Positions 1 to 9,842 of a stretch of 64,000 bases of DNA are shown here, in pieces (position 1 is the stretch's first letter; every line of letters starts with the position of its first letter). The notes under the pieces are model-generated. The model worked only from the letters and a program-made list of their open reading frames with translations, searched no databases and had not been told where the DNA came from. The position numbers and the translations under genes were made by a program. The stretch is from a virus (Duplodnaviria > Heunggongvirae > Uroviricota > Caudoviricetes): the IMG/VR virus record IMGVR_UViG_3300032296_003759. One strand, written 5' to 3'.

Positions 1-2249
1 ACTATATTTATAGTTAGAAAGTGCACCAACTTTTAGATCATTAAAGTATATTTCAATTTTTCTTCTTGAATATCTACCATCTCTCCCTGTTACATAATCA
101 AACATTCTTTTCAATAAATTCCAAAGCTTTTCAAATATATTGTTAGGTGTTTCACTTTCCTTTTTAAATAGTTTTTTGAAATTATAATTTTGAGGACTAA
201 GACCATACTTAGCAAACTCATCAGCTAAAAATTCTTCTATTTCTAAATATGTTGCATCTTTTGAGTTTATAGTCTCAACTATTCCGCCAGCTCTTCTAAC
301 TTGTATAGGAGTTCCTGATTTCTTTACAGAGTTATACAATTTCTCTTTCTCTTCCATAGTCAAGAACAATTGAGAAAAGACGTGCCACCCTTCATGATAC
401 CCAGTACCTATAGATGCATTTTTCCAAAGTTTTACAATATTTAAAGATACTTGTCCGTTTAATTCACTATTTACAGCATCAAATAGTTTAAGAACAATCT
501 TTTCTCCATATGTAGATTTTAACCAATCTATCTCCACTTTAAGTTCTTCTGATGTTGCAGTAAGTTCATCTATTAATTTAATTCTATCAAGACTTCTTCT
601 ACCAGGTCTAAATATTTTAGACGTATCTACAGGTCTTCCTATAGTTTCTATTTCTTTTGAATATCTTTCATCAATTTCTTTTATAGTGTTATCATATTCA
701 TCTGTTATCTCCTGTTTATTTTTTGTTTGTTCAGCAATATTATCTCTATTATTTAAAAACGATTCCCTTAATTTTTTACTTCTAATATTTTCAGCATTGT
801 CTTTTTCAGACTTTTTTCTTTTTTCAATATCTTTTAATACTAATGCTCTTATCGGGTCAATTGAAAATTTTTCTTGATTTGATATATCATTACTAGTATA
901 TGCTACACTTTTGTTAAAAAATATTATACCTGCTGATTTAGAGTATTCATATTTACCTAAAACTCTGTCTATTATTGATCTTTCATAAACATCAACTATT
1001 TTACTTTCAACTGTTGGTTCAGAGATATTATCTTCTACTACTTCTTCTAAAGGGACTTTGTAATTTGAAGCAACCATTGAATCAAACTTTTTCCTTATTT
1101 GATCTAATGACATATTTTCATATTCTTCTCTAACTTTACTAACAGGTAAAGTATCAACATTTACAATTTCGTCTATTATTGAATCATATGCAAGTACTTG
1201 ATTATCATATTGTAAACCGACACCTAATACTGTAAAATTTTTAGTATCAACCTTTCCAGGAAACATTTTATCTAAAAGTAAAGCATACACATACATTTGT
1301 GTACTATAGTTATTTTCTTTAGATAATTTTTTTATTCTTCGTCTACCTTCAAACTTAATACTACTTGATAGTCTTCCATATGTATAGTTTCCTAGTAGTG
1401 TTTTTACGTCTGCTATATACATCTTACCTTCCTTATCTATAAGGATAAGATCTATCTCTCCAGATATTTTTGTTACAGGATCATATACTGTTACACCTGT
1501 TCTAAATGTAAATCCTTTTTGTTGGTAAAAATTCTTTATTCTTAAAAAATGTTCTTTAATTGCATTAAAACTTTTTTCATTTATACGATTTTCTCTTCCA
1601 GTAACTTGATATAATTCATTATCAATACCTGTAAATATTTCTTTTGCAATTAGATCTATTGTATCTCCATGTTTTAAAGCTGGAACAAGTCTTTTATCAA
1701 TTTTTTCATCATATTCATAATATCCAATAACACTTATATCAGTTACTCTTATATCATAAGGTACCCCATTTATACTTCTTCTAGATATAAAATTTCCCTC
1801 ACCATCTCTTTCTTTTTTAAATGTAACCTCTGTATTAGATATGAATTCATCTACTTGAGATAGTACTTCAACTTGCTGCTCAGAGAGAGGTGCTATTTCC
1901 GGAACATTTACAACTTCAGTTTTAATATCTAGAAGATCTAATACAGAATTATAGTCTGTAAGATTATTTTTAGAAAATTCTAAAATACTGTTAATAAGAT
2001 CCTTATATTTTTTGTCAATAGGATCTCCAATTTCTGATCTACGATCTCTCCAGTTTGCAATATTTTGAGGAATAAAAGTAACTAGTGTTGCAGCTTTCTC
2101 AGGAGTTGCATTTTTACTTACCATTATTTGGTATGCAGTCTTTGAAAGATTTTTAAAGTCAGATAGACTATCAATATTTCTATTTAAAATATGATTAGTA
2201 ATCTTTGCTACGTTTAACTTATCAGTATCTGTTATTGCACAAAAAGCCA
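1..2249 (-). CDS. 3'-truncated long ORF (>740 aa, runs off window start); cargo-block protein with RecB-like PD-(D/E)XK nuclease motifs
   Basis: ATG at 2247-2249 on the minus strand, 18 nt past the stop of the 2518-aa gene. My manual minus-strand translation stays open to position 1 (MAFCAITDTDKLNVAKITNHILN...). It contains GEIDLILID ... IADVKT, resembling RecB/Cas4 motifs II/III. It is absent from the ORF track because no stop lies in the window. Confidence 0.5.
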
Positions 2250-2266
2250 TTTCTTATTATTTTTTA

Positions 2267-5200
2267 TTATGTACCACAATTTTCACCAAAGTCAATAGAT
2301 TCAATATTATCATCATTAGTTAATGGAGATGTATCTTTACCTTCAGATGTAGATTTTATTGTTTCTTCTGTTTGAGGATCTCCTTCCTCAGGTACAGTAT
2401 TATCTTTTGATATATTATTCTGAAGTTTTGCTTGAATCTCAGGGTATGAGTTTTCTAGTGTAAAGATAACTCTTCTATTTAATTTTACAAAATTAACTTG
2501 TGTTCCTACATTTGCAGGAAGTGAGTTTGTTACAAAATTTTCATTTACAAATGAAGAATATGGATATGAAAAAATTTCCTTGCTGCCGGGCCTATTAAAT
2601 CTTTCATCTGCAAACACAAAAGATTGTAATTTTTTCTCAAACTCAACTTTATTCATGTTTATTCTATATTCAGAAAAATCTGTCCTTACAGCTCTTTTAT
2701 CTGTAATTACCATTGCAATAGGTACATCTTCTTGATTTGTTTCCATTACAAATTCTATATCTTCTGAGTAAAATAGTTCTCTAATATAATCAAACATTTG
2801 AGAAAATGTTTCAGTACTTATTTCTCCCCTTTTTTGTCTAAAGTCTTCAATTTCAATTCTATATTTAGTAAAAGGTGATGGACCTAATGGATCTGTAAAA
2901 ATAAATTTTTTCTGTTGTATATAATCTATTATTGCACCAAAAGCATATTTTTGTTTGCCATCTTCTGACTGATAGATTCTCTCACCATTAATAGTTAAGT
3001 CTTTTATTCTTTTTCCAAAAAGTGGAATTGTAAGCTTAGAATTTGGGACAGGAAAATATGGAGCTCCATTTTTTATAGTTTGTCCATTAGCATCTTCATA
3101 ATATAATATTCCTGTTCTAATAATAGGATTGCTTTCTTCATCTAAGAATCCTAGTTCTATTAACTCTTGTACTGTTTTTGCTGTATTTTCAAATCCTGAG
3201 TCAGCTTGTATAGAATAGTTATTATTAATTCTAGAGGATGAAAGTTTTGAGTTTAAGGTAAGATTAAAATCAGCATATATCTGTACCCCTCTTGCTATTA
3301 ATTTTACTATATCTCCAGTAGGATCAAAATCTATTTCTGTATTATTTCTTATTGCTTCCTCTTTTTTCTTTTCCCACATTTCATCAAATACAGGTCTTCC
3401 TCCTTTTGTATTCGTTGGAATTTTATTTTGGGATTGTCCCAACATAATAGATTCTCTAGTTAATAGTATATTTGGAATTTCAGATCTATCTGTTCTAGAT
3501 GAGTATTCTGCAGTTGAAAATTCAAATGCTACAGGCATTCCTCCACTTTTTACAATATTTCCATTCTCATCAAAGTTTAATATTTTACCATCTTGATTAA
3601 CAATAACTGCAATTAAAGGTGAGCCTTTTTTGGAAGTTTGAATAAACCAATCTGCATTATTTTTATTACCAATCATTATCTGCAACCTAAACTGTCTCTT
3701 ACCATCTATCTCAGAAGTAAAGTTTAATGGTTCTAATTCATCTGAATATTTGTCTATAACATTTCTATGCCTTCTATGTTTTATTGCTTCTTTATCTATT
3801 CCAGCTGCTTTAGTTTGAATTACATCATTTTCAATAACAGGTTTATCATTTTTATCCATTAATACTTCTTGTGCACCAAGAGTTACAAATGTAAATATAC
3901 CATCTGATTTTGCCTGGTCAGAAAATTTACTAACATCATTTTCTTGTGATTGATAATCTGCATTAGTATTATCTACGGGTATAATTCCTGATTCTTTATT
4001 TTCATTTATAAGACTTTTTATAATTGATTCTATCTCGTTCTTTTTTGCATTAAATATAGTTCCTTCTCTTTTCGATAAGCTATTTGGATCTTCTCTATAC
4101 TTCTTTGCAATATTTGTTAGTGTATCTATACTTGGAGAAGAGCCATTTCTAAACTGTATCCATTCTTCATCTGATACAGGGTCTTTTTTAGACTCATCAA
4201 TTATAGATTGCATATAGTCCTCTGCAATCTTTTTATATTGTGGAAATTTTTTATTTGCAAGATCAATAATATTTGGATGAAATAAACTTCTTGTTAAATC
4301 AAGTTTATTAGGATCAAATTGTAATTTTCCATCTACATATACTATTTGATTTGCATCTTTTGCTATAGTATCTAATAAAGCATTTCTTTGTTCTTCTGTT
4401 AAACTTTTTAACTGTTTAATATTTATATCAAGAAGTGGATCAATAGTAGTTTCTTCTCTTCTTTTTTCTTCCTCAGATTTAGCAATTTCAGCAATTGCTT
4501 CATCTTTAGTTCCATAATTTAAACCTAAGCTTTCTCCTTTTAGATTAAATATTCCCCATGTACCATCTTCTTTTTGTCTTATTAGAAAATCTCCAAATCT
4601 TTCACCTGGTACTGTTTGTTCTTCTATAGGGCCTACTTCATCTTCATACTCCTCCTTAGTTATTGTAGTAAGATCTCCCGTATATTGATTCCTTGCTTCA
4701 ATACTTATAGGCTCTCCTGTTTTTTGATCTCTATTAACTGCTTCAACTTGATGTTCATCTAACTGGAATATAAAATAATCACCTCTCTTAAGATCCTCAA
4801 ATTTTTTCTCAGAGGAAACAGTAGGTGTAGCTCCTTCTAAATCAGATAGTTCTTGATTATATTTATCATTAATTTCTTTTTCAATAGTTTTTAATTTATC
4901 ATAGTTACTTAAGTAATAAGTAGCTATTGCTTTATTATTAATTTTATCAAGTGTACCTCTTTGTTGAAATGTAAATGATCCCAAAAATTGTTCTAATTCT
5001 TTAGGTCCTAACTTATTAAACAGATAATCTAATTTTTTAATAATATCAGAATTTAATATATCTAATTGTTTTACAATAGATTCTCTTTGTTTATTAACGT
5101 CTGATAATTCCTCTTCTGTAGAAGGTCTTCTTTCTTGATCTATGATAGTATTTCCAGAACTATCGGTACTTACGTAACCTATAAAATTACCACTGGAATC

Positions 5201-8200
5201 TAATTTAATTACAGTACTACTATTAGTAACTGTAAACTCTCCATTTTGTAATCTATTATTTAAAGTATTAATAAGTTCTTGAACAGAGGAACTTCTACTT
5301 TCTATATTAGCTTTCTCATCAGAAACAGGAGCTGTAGCAGGTTTAGCTCCTTCTAAAGCAGCTAGTTCTGCATTATATTTATCATCAATTTTAATCCTTT
5401 CATTAATAGGTGCAGTAGTTATAATATTTCCTTTTGATATAATTAATCTACCATCATCCTGCCTTGCTTCTAATATTTTACCGTTTTCATTAACTTTAGT
5501 AACTGTAGCAGGTAAAGCCCTCATTCCATCATCTACTTGTATTTTATCTCCAACTTCAAATTTTTCAGATTTATTGTGTATTGAAAATACATTTATAGGA
5601 ACAATAGTTCTTGTACCAAATCCTTCTTCTCTATAATCTTGATTATCAAAAAATTTTATTTTTCCATCTGTAACTCTCCAAGAAATACCTCTTGGAAGTT
5701 TATCAGATAATTCATCAGCTTTTTTATCCCATTCTTCTTCTCTTTCTTTACTATTTAAAAACTCAGGATTTTCTAACTCAGTAATTAAATCTTTATTTTT
5801 TTCTTTTGCTTCCTCTATTCTTTTAGTTATTTCTTCTTTACTAATTTTTTCTACAGGAGTATTTAATTTTTTATCTACAGAAGTTTGAGTTTTTTCAAAT
5901 AATTTGTCAATATCTTCCTGTCTTCTTCTTTCTATATCAGCTTCAATAAGTTGTCTGGAAGTTTTATTTTCTGGATTATCAAGTTTTTTACCTTGATAAT
6001 AAACACCATTTGCTTTTACTTCATATTCTGTATTACCTACTTTACCTAATGGTATATCAGCTTTCTCATCAGAAACAGGAGTTGTAGGAGCTTTAGTATT
6101 TTGTTTTTCTAGTTCATCAAGTTCTTTAACTAATTCTTCGTCAGTTATTATTTCAGGTTCTTGTTGTTTTTCTTCTTCTTCTTCTTCAGGCTTAGCTTTT
6201 TCCAAAGCATCTAATTCCCTTTTAAGTTTTTCTAAGGCATCTTTATCTTTTTGTGGGAACTCTTCATATGCAAGTCTACTAGCCTCTTCTGGAGTAGCTC
6301 CTTTATTTATAAAGTCTTGTGTTCTCTCTTTTAAATTTTCTTCTAACTGAGCAATAGAATATCGCAACTCTTGTTTTCTTATCTCTATATCAGAAAGAGT
6401 CTCATCTTTAGTTGTATCTTTTTTATCTATGATATCTGTTACATAAATAAATAAATCATCTAATTCTTCTACATCATCAAATATAGGATTGCTTATAGCA
6501 AAGCGTATATATTCAGAAACTTTTATCTTTAAATCTCCTTCAAGAGTTTCTATAAAATTTATTATTTTATTTTTTGCTAATTCAAAATCTGTAACTAATT
6601 TAAGTTGATTTGTTATAAATATATCAGTATCCTCATTTAACTCTTGTTTTTCATTTTCTAAATCAATAGTTTTTAATTTATTTATAATATTATCTACAAG
6701 TTGATTTTGCTTCTCTTCTTTTTCTTTAGCTTCTTTTTCTTTAGCTTCTTTTTCTTGTTCTGTTTGAGCAGGTTTTTCTGGTTTAGCTGATTCTTTTTCT
6801 TTAGCTTCTTCTTGTTTTGAAGTTTTTTCTTCTTCCTTATTTTTTCTTTTTTCTACTTGTTCTTGATAAAGCTTTTCTAATTCTAGAAGCATTTTTTTAT
6901 GATCTTCTAGTTGTTTCTTTTCTTCATCAGTTAAAGTATCTTTAGACTCTAATTCACTAATAATTTCTTTTGTTTGAGCAATACGATCCTCTGTCATTGT
7001 TAGTTGAATCAGTTCTCCCTCTTCTTCCATGTATTTCTTAAATGTTCTATAATTTTCAAGATTTTCATCATTTGAAGAGTCTATAAGTGAGTTATGAAAG
7101 TTTTCAAAAGATATAGAATTTTCTATTTCTGAAATCTTTTTCATACCTTTTATATAGAAACTTCTTAACATGCTATTCAATAAAGGATCGGGAGAAGATT
7201 CTGCAGTATATAGAATTTTTAATTCTTTTCCATCTTTATATCTAACAAATTCATTTTCTGATTTTAATAATCTTAAATCAATTAGTTTTCCATCCTTTAT
7301 ATCCTGTTCATATAAACTATAAATTTTATCTATCCTTTCTTTTATTTTTTGTTTTTCTTTTGCTACATTTTCTGAAAATGTTTTGGCATAATCTGACTTT
7401 AAAAATTTTAATTTACTTTCTTCTAGTTCTTCTAAAGAAAGTAATCTAAGTCTTAAAGAGTTTAATTCTCTTAGATCAGATCTAGATCTTCCAGGATCAT
7501 CAAAACTTAAATTTCTAAGTACTTCCTCATTTTCTTCAGCAGTAAACTGATCTAAAGTTCTTTGAAGTGAGTCTAAATTAGATCTTCTTGTAAAGTTCCA
7601 GTATTTTCTATTTTCTTCATCAACTCTGTCTTTAAGATCAGTATATGTTTTATTTCTTGGATCATTAAAAACTTCATCATATACTTTTCCTACTTTATTT
7701 AAGTTATCAATTACTTGAGTGTGATCTAACATTGAGTCTGGATCAAATCCAAGCTCTAGAGCTTCCTCAGGTGTATAATCTTTTATTCTATTTATAGAGT
7801 CAATTGCTCTTTCAAAAATTCCTGCTTTTTTTGCAGCCCAGACATACTGTTGCATCATTTGATCCATCATGTGTTGTCTAACTGCAGGATTTTGAATTTC
7901 GTCTATTTGATACTGTAAATCTAAATTACTATATAAGCTTGTAAGTACAGCCTCTGCTGCAACTTCGTCTAAAACAAGTTTTCCATTTTCCTTAATATAT
8001 TTTCCATCTTTATCCTTTTTCCACATATCTAAGAAGCTAAACATTCTAGTTCTATAAAACTCATACTTCTTAATTGCTTCCTCGGTATCCATTTTTATTT
8101 GTTTTCTCTCACCTCTAAAAAACTTTTCTCCACCAAAAGCTTTTGTAACAAGTCCTCCTCCACCTATTCCTATTATTGCACCTAGCCCAATAGCAGTTTG

Positions 8201-9823
8201 TGCTTGTAAATCCTTTCCAGTAAATGCATCAAACATTTGTTGTACACTTTTTGAAAGGATTCCTCCAAACTGTGAAGGAAATCCCATTTGAGTAAAGTAC
8301 TTATGAGAAGAAAGTCTTTCTACAGCAAGTTGTGCATTTTCTTCCCATAATCCTTCTACAGCAAGGGATCTACCTAGCATCTTTCCATAAAATTGTGCCC
8401 TTCCTAAACTATTTTTCCAGTCAAAGTACTTACCAAGTTTTGTAGAATATTTAGACTGTTTTAAAGAAGCTTGTGCAACACCCCCTATTTTTGTAGCTTT
8501 TGCAGCTCCTTTTTCTGCACCTTCTATTGCAATTGCACCTGCTCTAGATGCACCAAATTGAGACATGCCAATATCATCAGGTCTTTTACTTTTAAATATT
8601 GACATTTTACCAAATATAAACCTATTCTCTATAGCATTACTTGCTGCAAGAATTGCCATATTTCCTCTAAAAACTGTAGCTGCAGTAGTGCCTGCATCTG
8701 TTTCAATTTCAAAATCTGTTTTATTTACATATTTAGGATCTCCTGCTTCTCTCCTTCTATACATCTCTTCTTTCTCTGTTCTATACTTTTGTGAAGATTC
8801 TACAGCAGATTCACTTGTTGTTAAAAATGCCCATCTACCTATTCCAGCAATATCATCTGCACCTGTACCAATTTTTAATGTCCAATCAATTGCCTTACCT
8901 ACACCACCTGCAAACTTGCTTACTTTACTTCCAGCTGCCCCTATTCTAGAAAGTTTAGATGCAGTATTTATTCCTGTTGCCCCAAATTTTGAAAGTCCTG
9001 CAAGTTTACCTACACCACCTGTTAGATAAGTAGAGAGAATCATTTCTCCCATAAAAGCTGCACCATCTGCAATTTCATCGGTCCAGAAAGCAGCATTACC
9101 TAACTTTGACCAGAAACCTCTTTCTTCCCAATCACTTGGTTTAAAAACTGAAAGTGCTGCTGAGTTTTTCCAATTTTCCTCCCAGTTAACCTCTGCCCAT
9201 CTAGACAGTGAGTTATTTGCAATATCTGCCATTGCATTATTTCCAGTAGGATCAATCATTTCATCTATTCCATTTTTTATCATTGATCCCATATATCCAA
9301 ATGTAGCAACAGTTTTAGCTGCTATTCCAGTACTTAATCTTCCTAAAAATACACCAGTATTAGTTAGAGTTTTTTCAAAGATATTTTGAGATAGGTAGTC
9401 TCTATAATATCTTTCTTCATTTCCCTCTATACCTAAACTTGGAGCATACCCAAACTTACCATTTATATATTTATCCATTACTGGATCATATTGGATTATT
9501 CTTGGAACTCCTATACCATAAGTTGCAGGATTATCTGTAGTTTTATACCTAAATAAATCTGCAGCTTTATTTCTTACTCTTATATCAGGAGAGTTTAATG
9601 CATTATTAAGACTTCCCTTTGAATAAGAATTATTTAATAATTGACTTTGACTTGAATAAGATGAAGAACCACTACTTACACTAGGCATGGGATAAGGCAT
9701 AGGTTCTGATCCTACAGAATTATGCACTAAATTAAATCTATTAGCAGTGTCTACTTGGAGAGCAAGTATTGAATCATTAGAAAGAAAAGGACTATTTAAT
9801 AAAGGAATATTATTATCTGGCAT
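2267..9823 (-). CDS. giant virion/tail-associated protein (2518 aa) with central K/E-rich coiled-coil low-complexity region; probable ejected cargo or tape-measure-like protein
   Basis: Uninterrupted 7.5 kb ORF. It has EKEAKEKEAKEKEEKQ and E-rich runs and no recognisable catalytic motif. It sits in the block of giant co-oriented genes. Confidence 0.75.
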   Translation of the reverse strand: MPDNNIPLLNSPFLSNDSILALQVDTANRFNLVHNSVGSEPMPYPMPSVSSGSSSYSSQSQLLNNSYSKGSLNNALNSPDIRVRNKAADLFRYKTTDNPATYGIGVPRIIQYDPVMDKYINGKFGYAPSLGIEGNEERYYRDYLSQNIFEKTLTNTGVFLGRLSTGIAAKTVATFGYMGSMIKNGIDEMIDPTGNNAMADIANNSLSRWAEVNWEENWKNSAALSVFKPSDWEERGFWSKLGNAAFWTDEIADGAAFMGEMILSTYLTGGVGKLAGLSKFGATGINTASKLSRIGAAGSKVSKFAGGVGKAIDWTLKIGTGADDIAGIGRWAFLTTSESAVESSQKYRTEKEEMYRRREAGDPKYVNKTDFEIETDAGTTAATVFRGNMAILAASNAIENRFIFGKMSIFKSKRPDDIGMSQFGASRAGAIAIEGAEKGAAKATKIGGVAQASLKQSKYSTKLGKYFDWKNSLGRAQFYGKMLGRSLAVEGLWEENAQLAVERLSSHKYFTQMGFPSQFGGILSKSVQQMFDAFTGKDLQAQTAIGLGAIIGIGGGGLVTKAFGGEKFFRGERKQIKMDTEEAIKKYEFYRTRMFSFLDMWKKDKDGKYIKENGKLVLDEVAAEAVLTSLYSNLDLQYQIDEIQNPAVRQHMMDQMMQQYVWAAKKAGIFERAIDSINRIKDYTPEEALELGFDPDSMLDHTQVIDNLNKVGKVYDEVFNDPRNKTYTDLKDRVDEENRKYWNFTRRSNLDSLQRTLDQFTAEENEEVLRNLSFDDPGRSRSDLRELNSLRLRLLSLEELEESKLKFLKSDYAKTFSENVAKEKQKIKERIDKIYSLYEQDIKDGKLIDLRLLKSENEFVRYKDGKELKILYTAESSPDPLLNSMLRSFYIKGMKKISEIENSISFENFHNSLIDSSNDENLENYRTFKKYMEEEGELIQLTMTEDRIAQTKEIISELESKDTLTDEEKKQLEDHKKMLLELEKLYQEQVEKRKNKEEEKTSKQEEAKEKESAKPEKPAQTEQEKEAKEKEAKEKEEKQNQLVDNIINKLKTIDLENEKQELNEDTDIFITNQLKLVTDFELAKNKIINFIETLEGDLKIKVSEYIRFAISNPIFDDVEELDDLFIYVTDIIDKKDTTKDETLSDIEIRKQELRYSIAQLEENLKERTQDFINKGATPEEASRLAYEEFPQKDKDALEKLKRELDALEKAKPEEEEEEKQQEPEIITDEELVKELDELEKQNTKAPTTPVSDEKADIPLGKVGNTEYEVKANGVYYQGKKLDNPENKTSRQLIEADIERRRQEDIDKLFEKTQTSVDKKLNTPVEKISKEEITKRIEEAKEKNKDLITELENPEFLNSKEREEEWDKKADELSDKLPRGISWRVTDGKIKFFDNQDYREEGFGTRTIVPINVFSIHNKSEKFEVGDKIQVDDGMRALPATVTKVNENGKILEARQDDGRLIISKGNIITTAPINERIKIDDKYNAELAALEGAKPATAPVSDEKANIESRSSSVQELINTLNNRLQNGEFTVTNSSTVIKLDSSGNFIGYVSTDSSGNTIIDQERRPSTEEELSDVNKQRESIVKQLDILNSDIIKKLDYLFNKLGPKELEQFLGSFTFQQRGTLDKINNKAIATYYLSNYDKLKTIEKEINDKYNQELSDLEGATPTVSSEKKFEDLKRGDYFIFQLDEHQVEAVNRDQKTGEPISIEARNQYTGDLTTITKEEYEDEVGPIEEQTVPGERFGDFLIRQKEDGTWGIFNLKGESLGLNYGTKDEAIAEIAKSEEEKRREETTIDPLLDINIKQLKSLTEEQRNALLDTIAKDANQIVYVDGKLQFDPNKLDLTRSLFHPNIIDLANKKFPQYKKIAEDYMQSIIDESKKDPVSDEEWIQFRNGSSPSIDTLTNIAKKYREDPNSLSKREGTIFNAKKNEIESIIKSLINENKESGIIPVDNTNADYQSQENDVSKFSDQAKSDGIFTFVTLGAQEVLMDKNDKPVIENDVIQTKAAGIDKEAIKHRRHRNVIDKYSDELEPLNFTSEIDGKRQFRLQIMIGNKNNADWFIQTSKKGSPLIAVIVNQDGKILNFDENGNIVKSGGMPVAFEFSTAEYSSRTDRSEIPNILLTRESIMLGQSQNKIPTNTKGGRPVFDEMWEKKKEEAIRNNTEIDFDPTGDIVKLIARGVQIYADFNLTLNSKLSSSRINNNYSIQADSGFENTAKTVQELIELGFLDEESNPIIRTGILYYEDANGQTIKNGAPYFPVPNSKLTIPLFGKRIKDLTINGERIYQSEDGKQKYAFGAIIDYIQQKKFIFTDPLGPSPFTKYRIEIEDFRQKRGEISTETFSQMFDYIRELFYSEDIEFVMETNQEDVPIAMVITDKRAVRTDFSEYRINMNKVEFEKKLQSFVFADERFNRPGSKEIFSYPYSSFVNENFVTNSLPANVGTQVNFVKLNRRVIFTLENSYPEIQAKLQNNISKDNTVPEEGDPQTEETIKSTSEGKDTSPLTNDDNIESIDFGENCGT

Positions 9824-9842
9824 CTAATTTTTTTTGTAAATA

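Noticed and set aside
8565-9029. Plus-strand 154-aa ORF inside the 2518-aa minus-strand gene. The same applies to 10233..10430, 13504..14126, 19725..20111, 43230..44921, 47068..47934, 49255..50460 and 53575..54436.
   Set aside because: These are antisense shadow ORFs within long, clearly coding minus-strand genes. Their sequences are low-complexity and hydrophobic, typical of AT-rich antisense frames.
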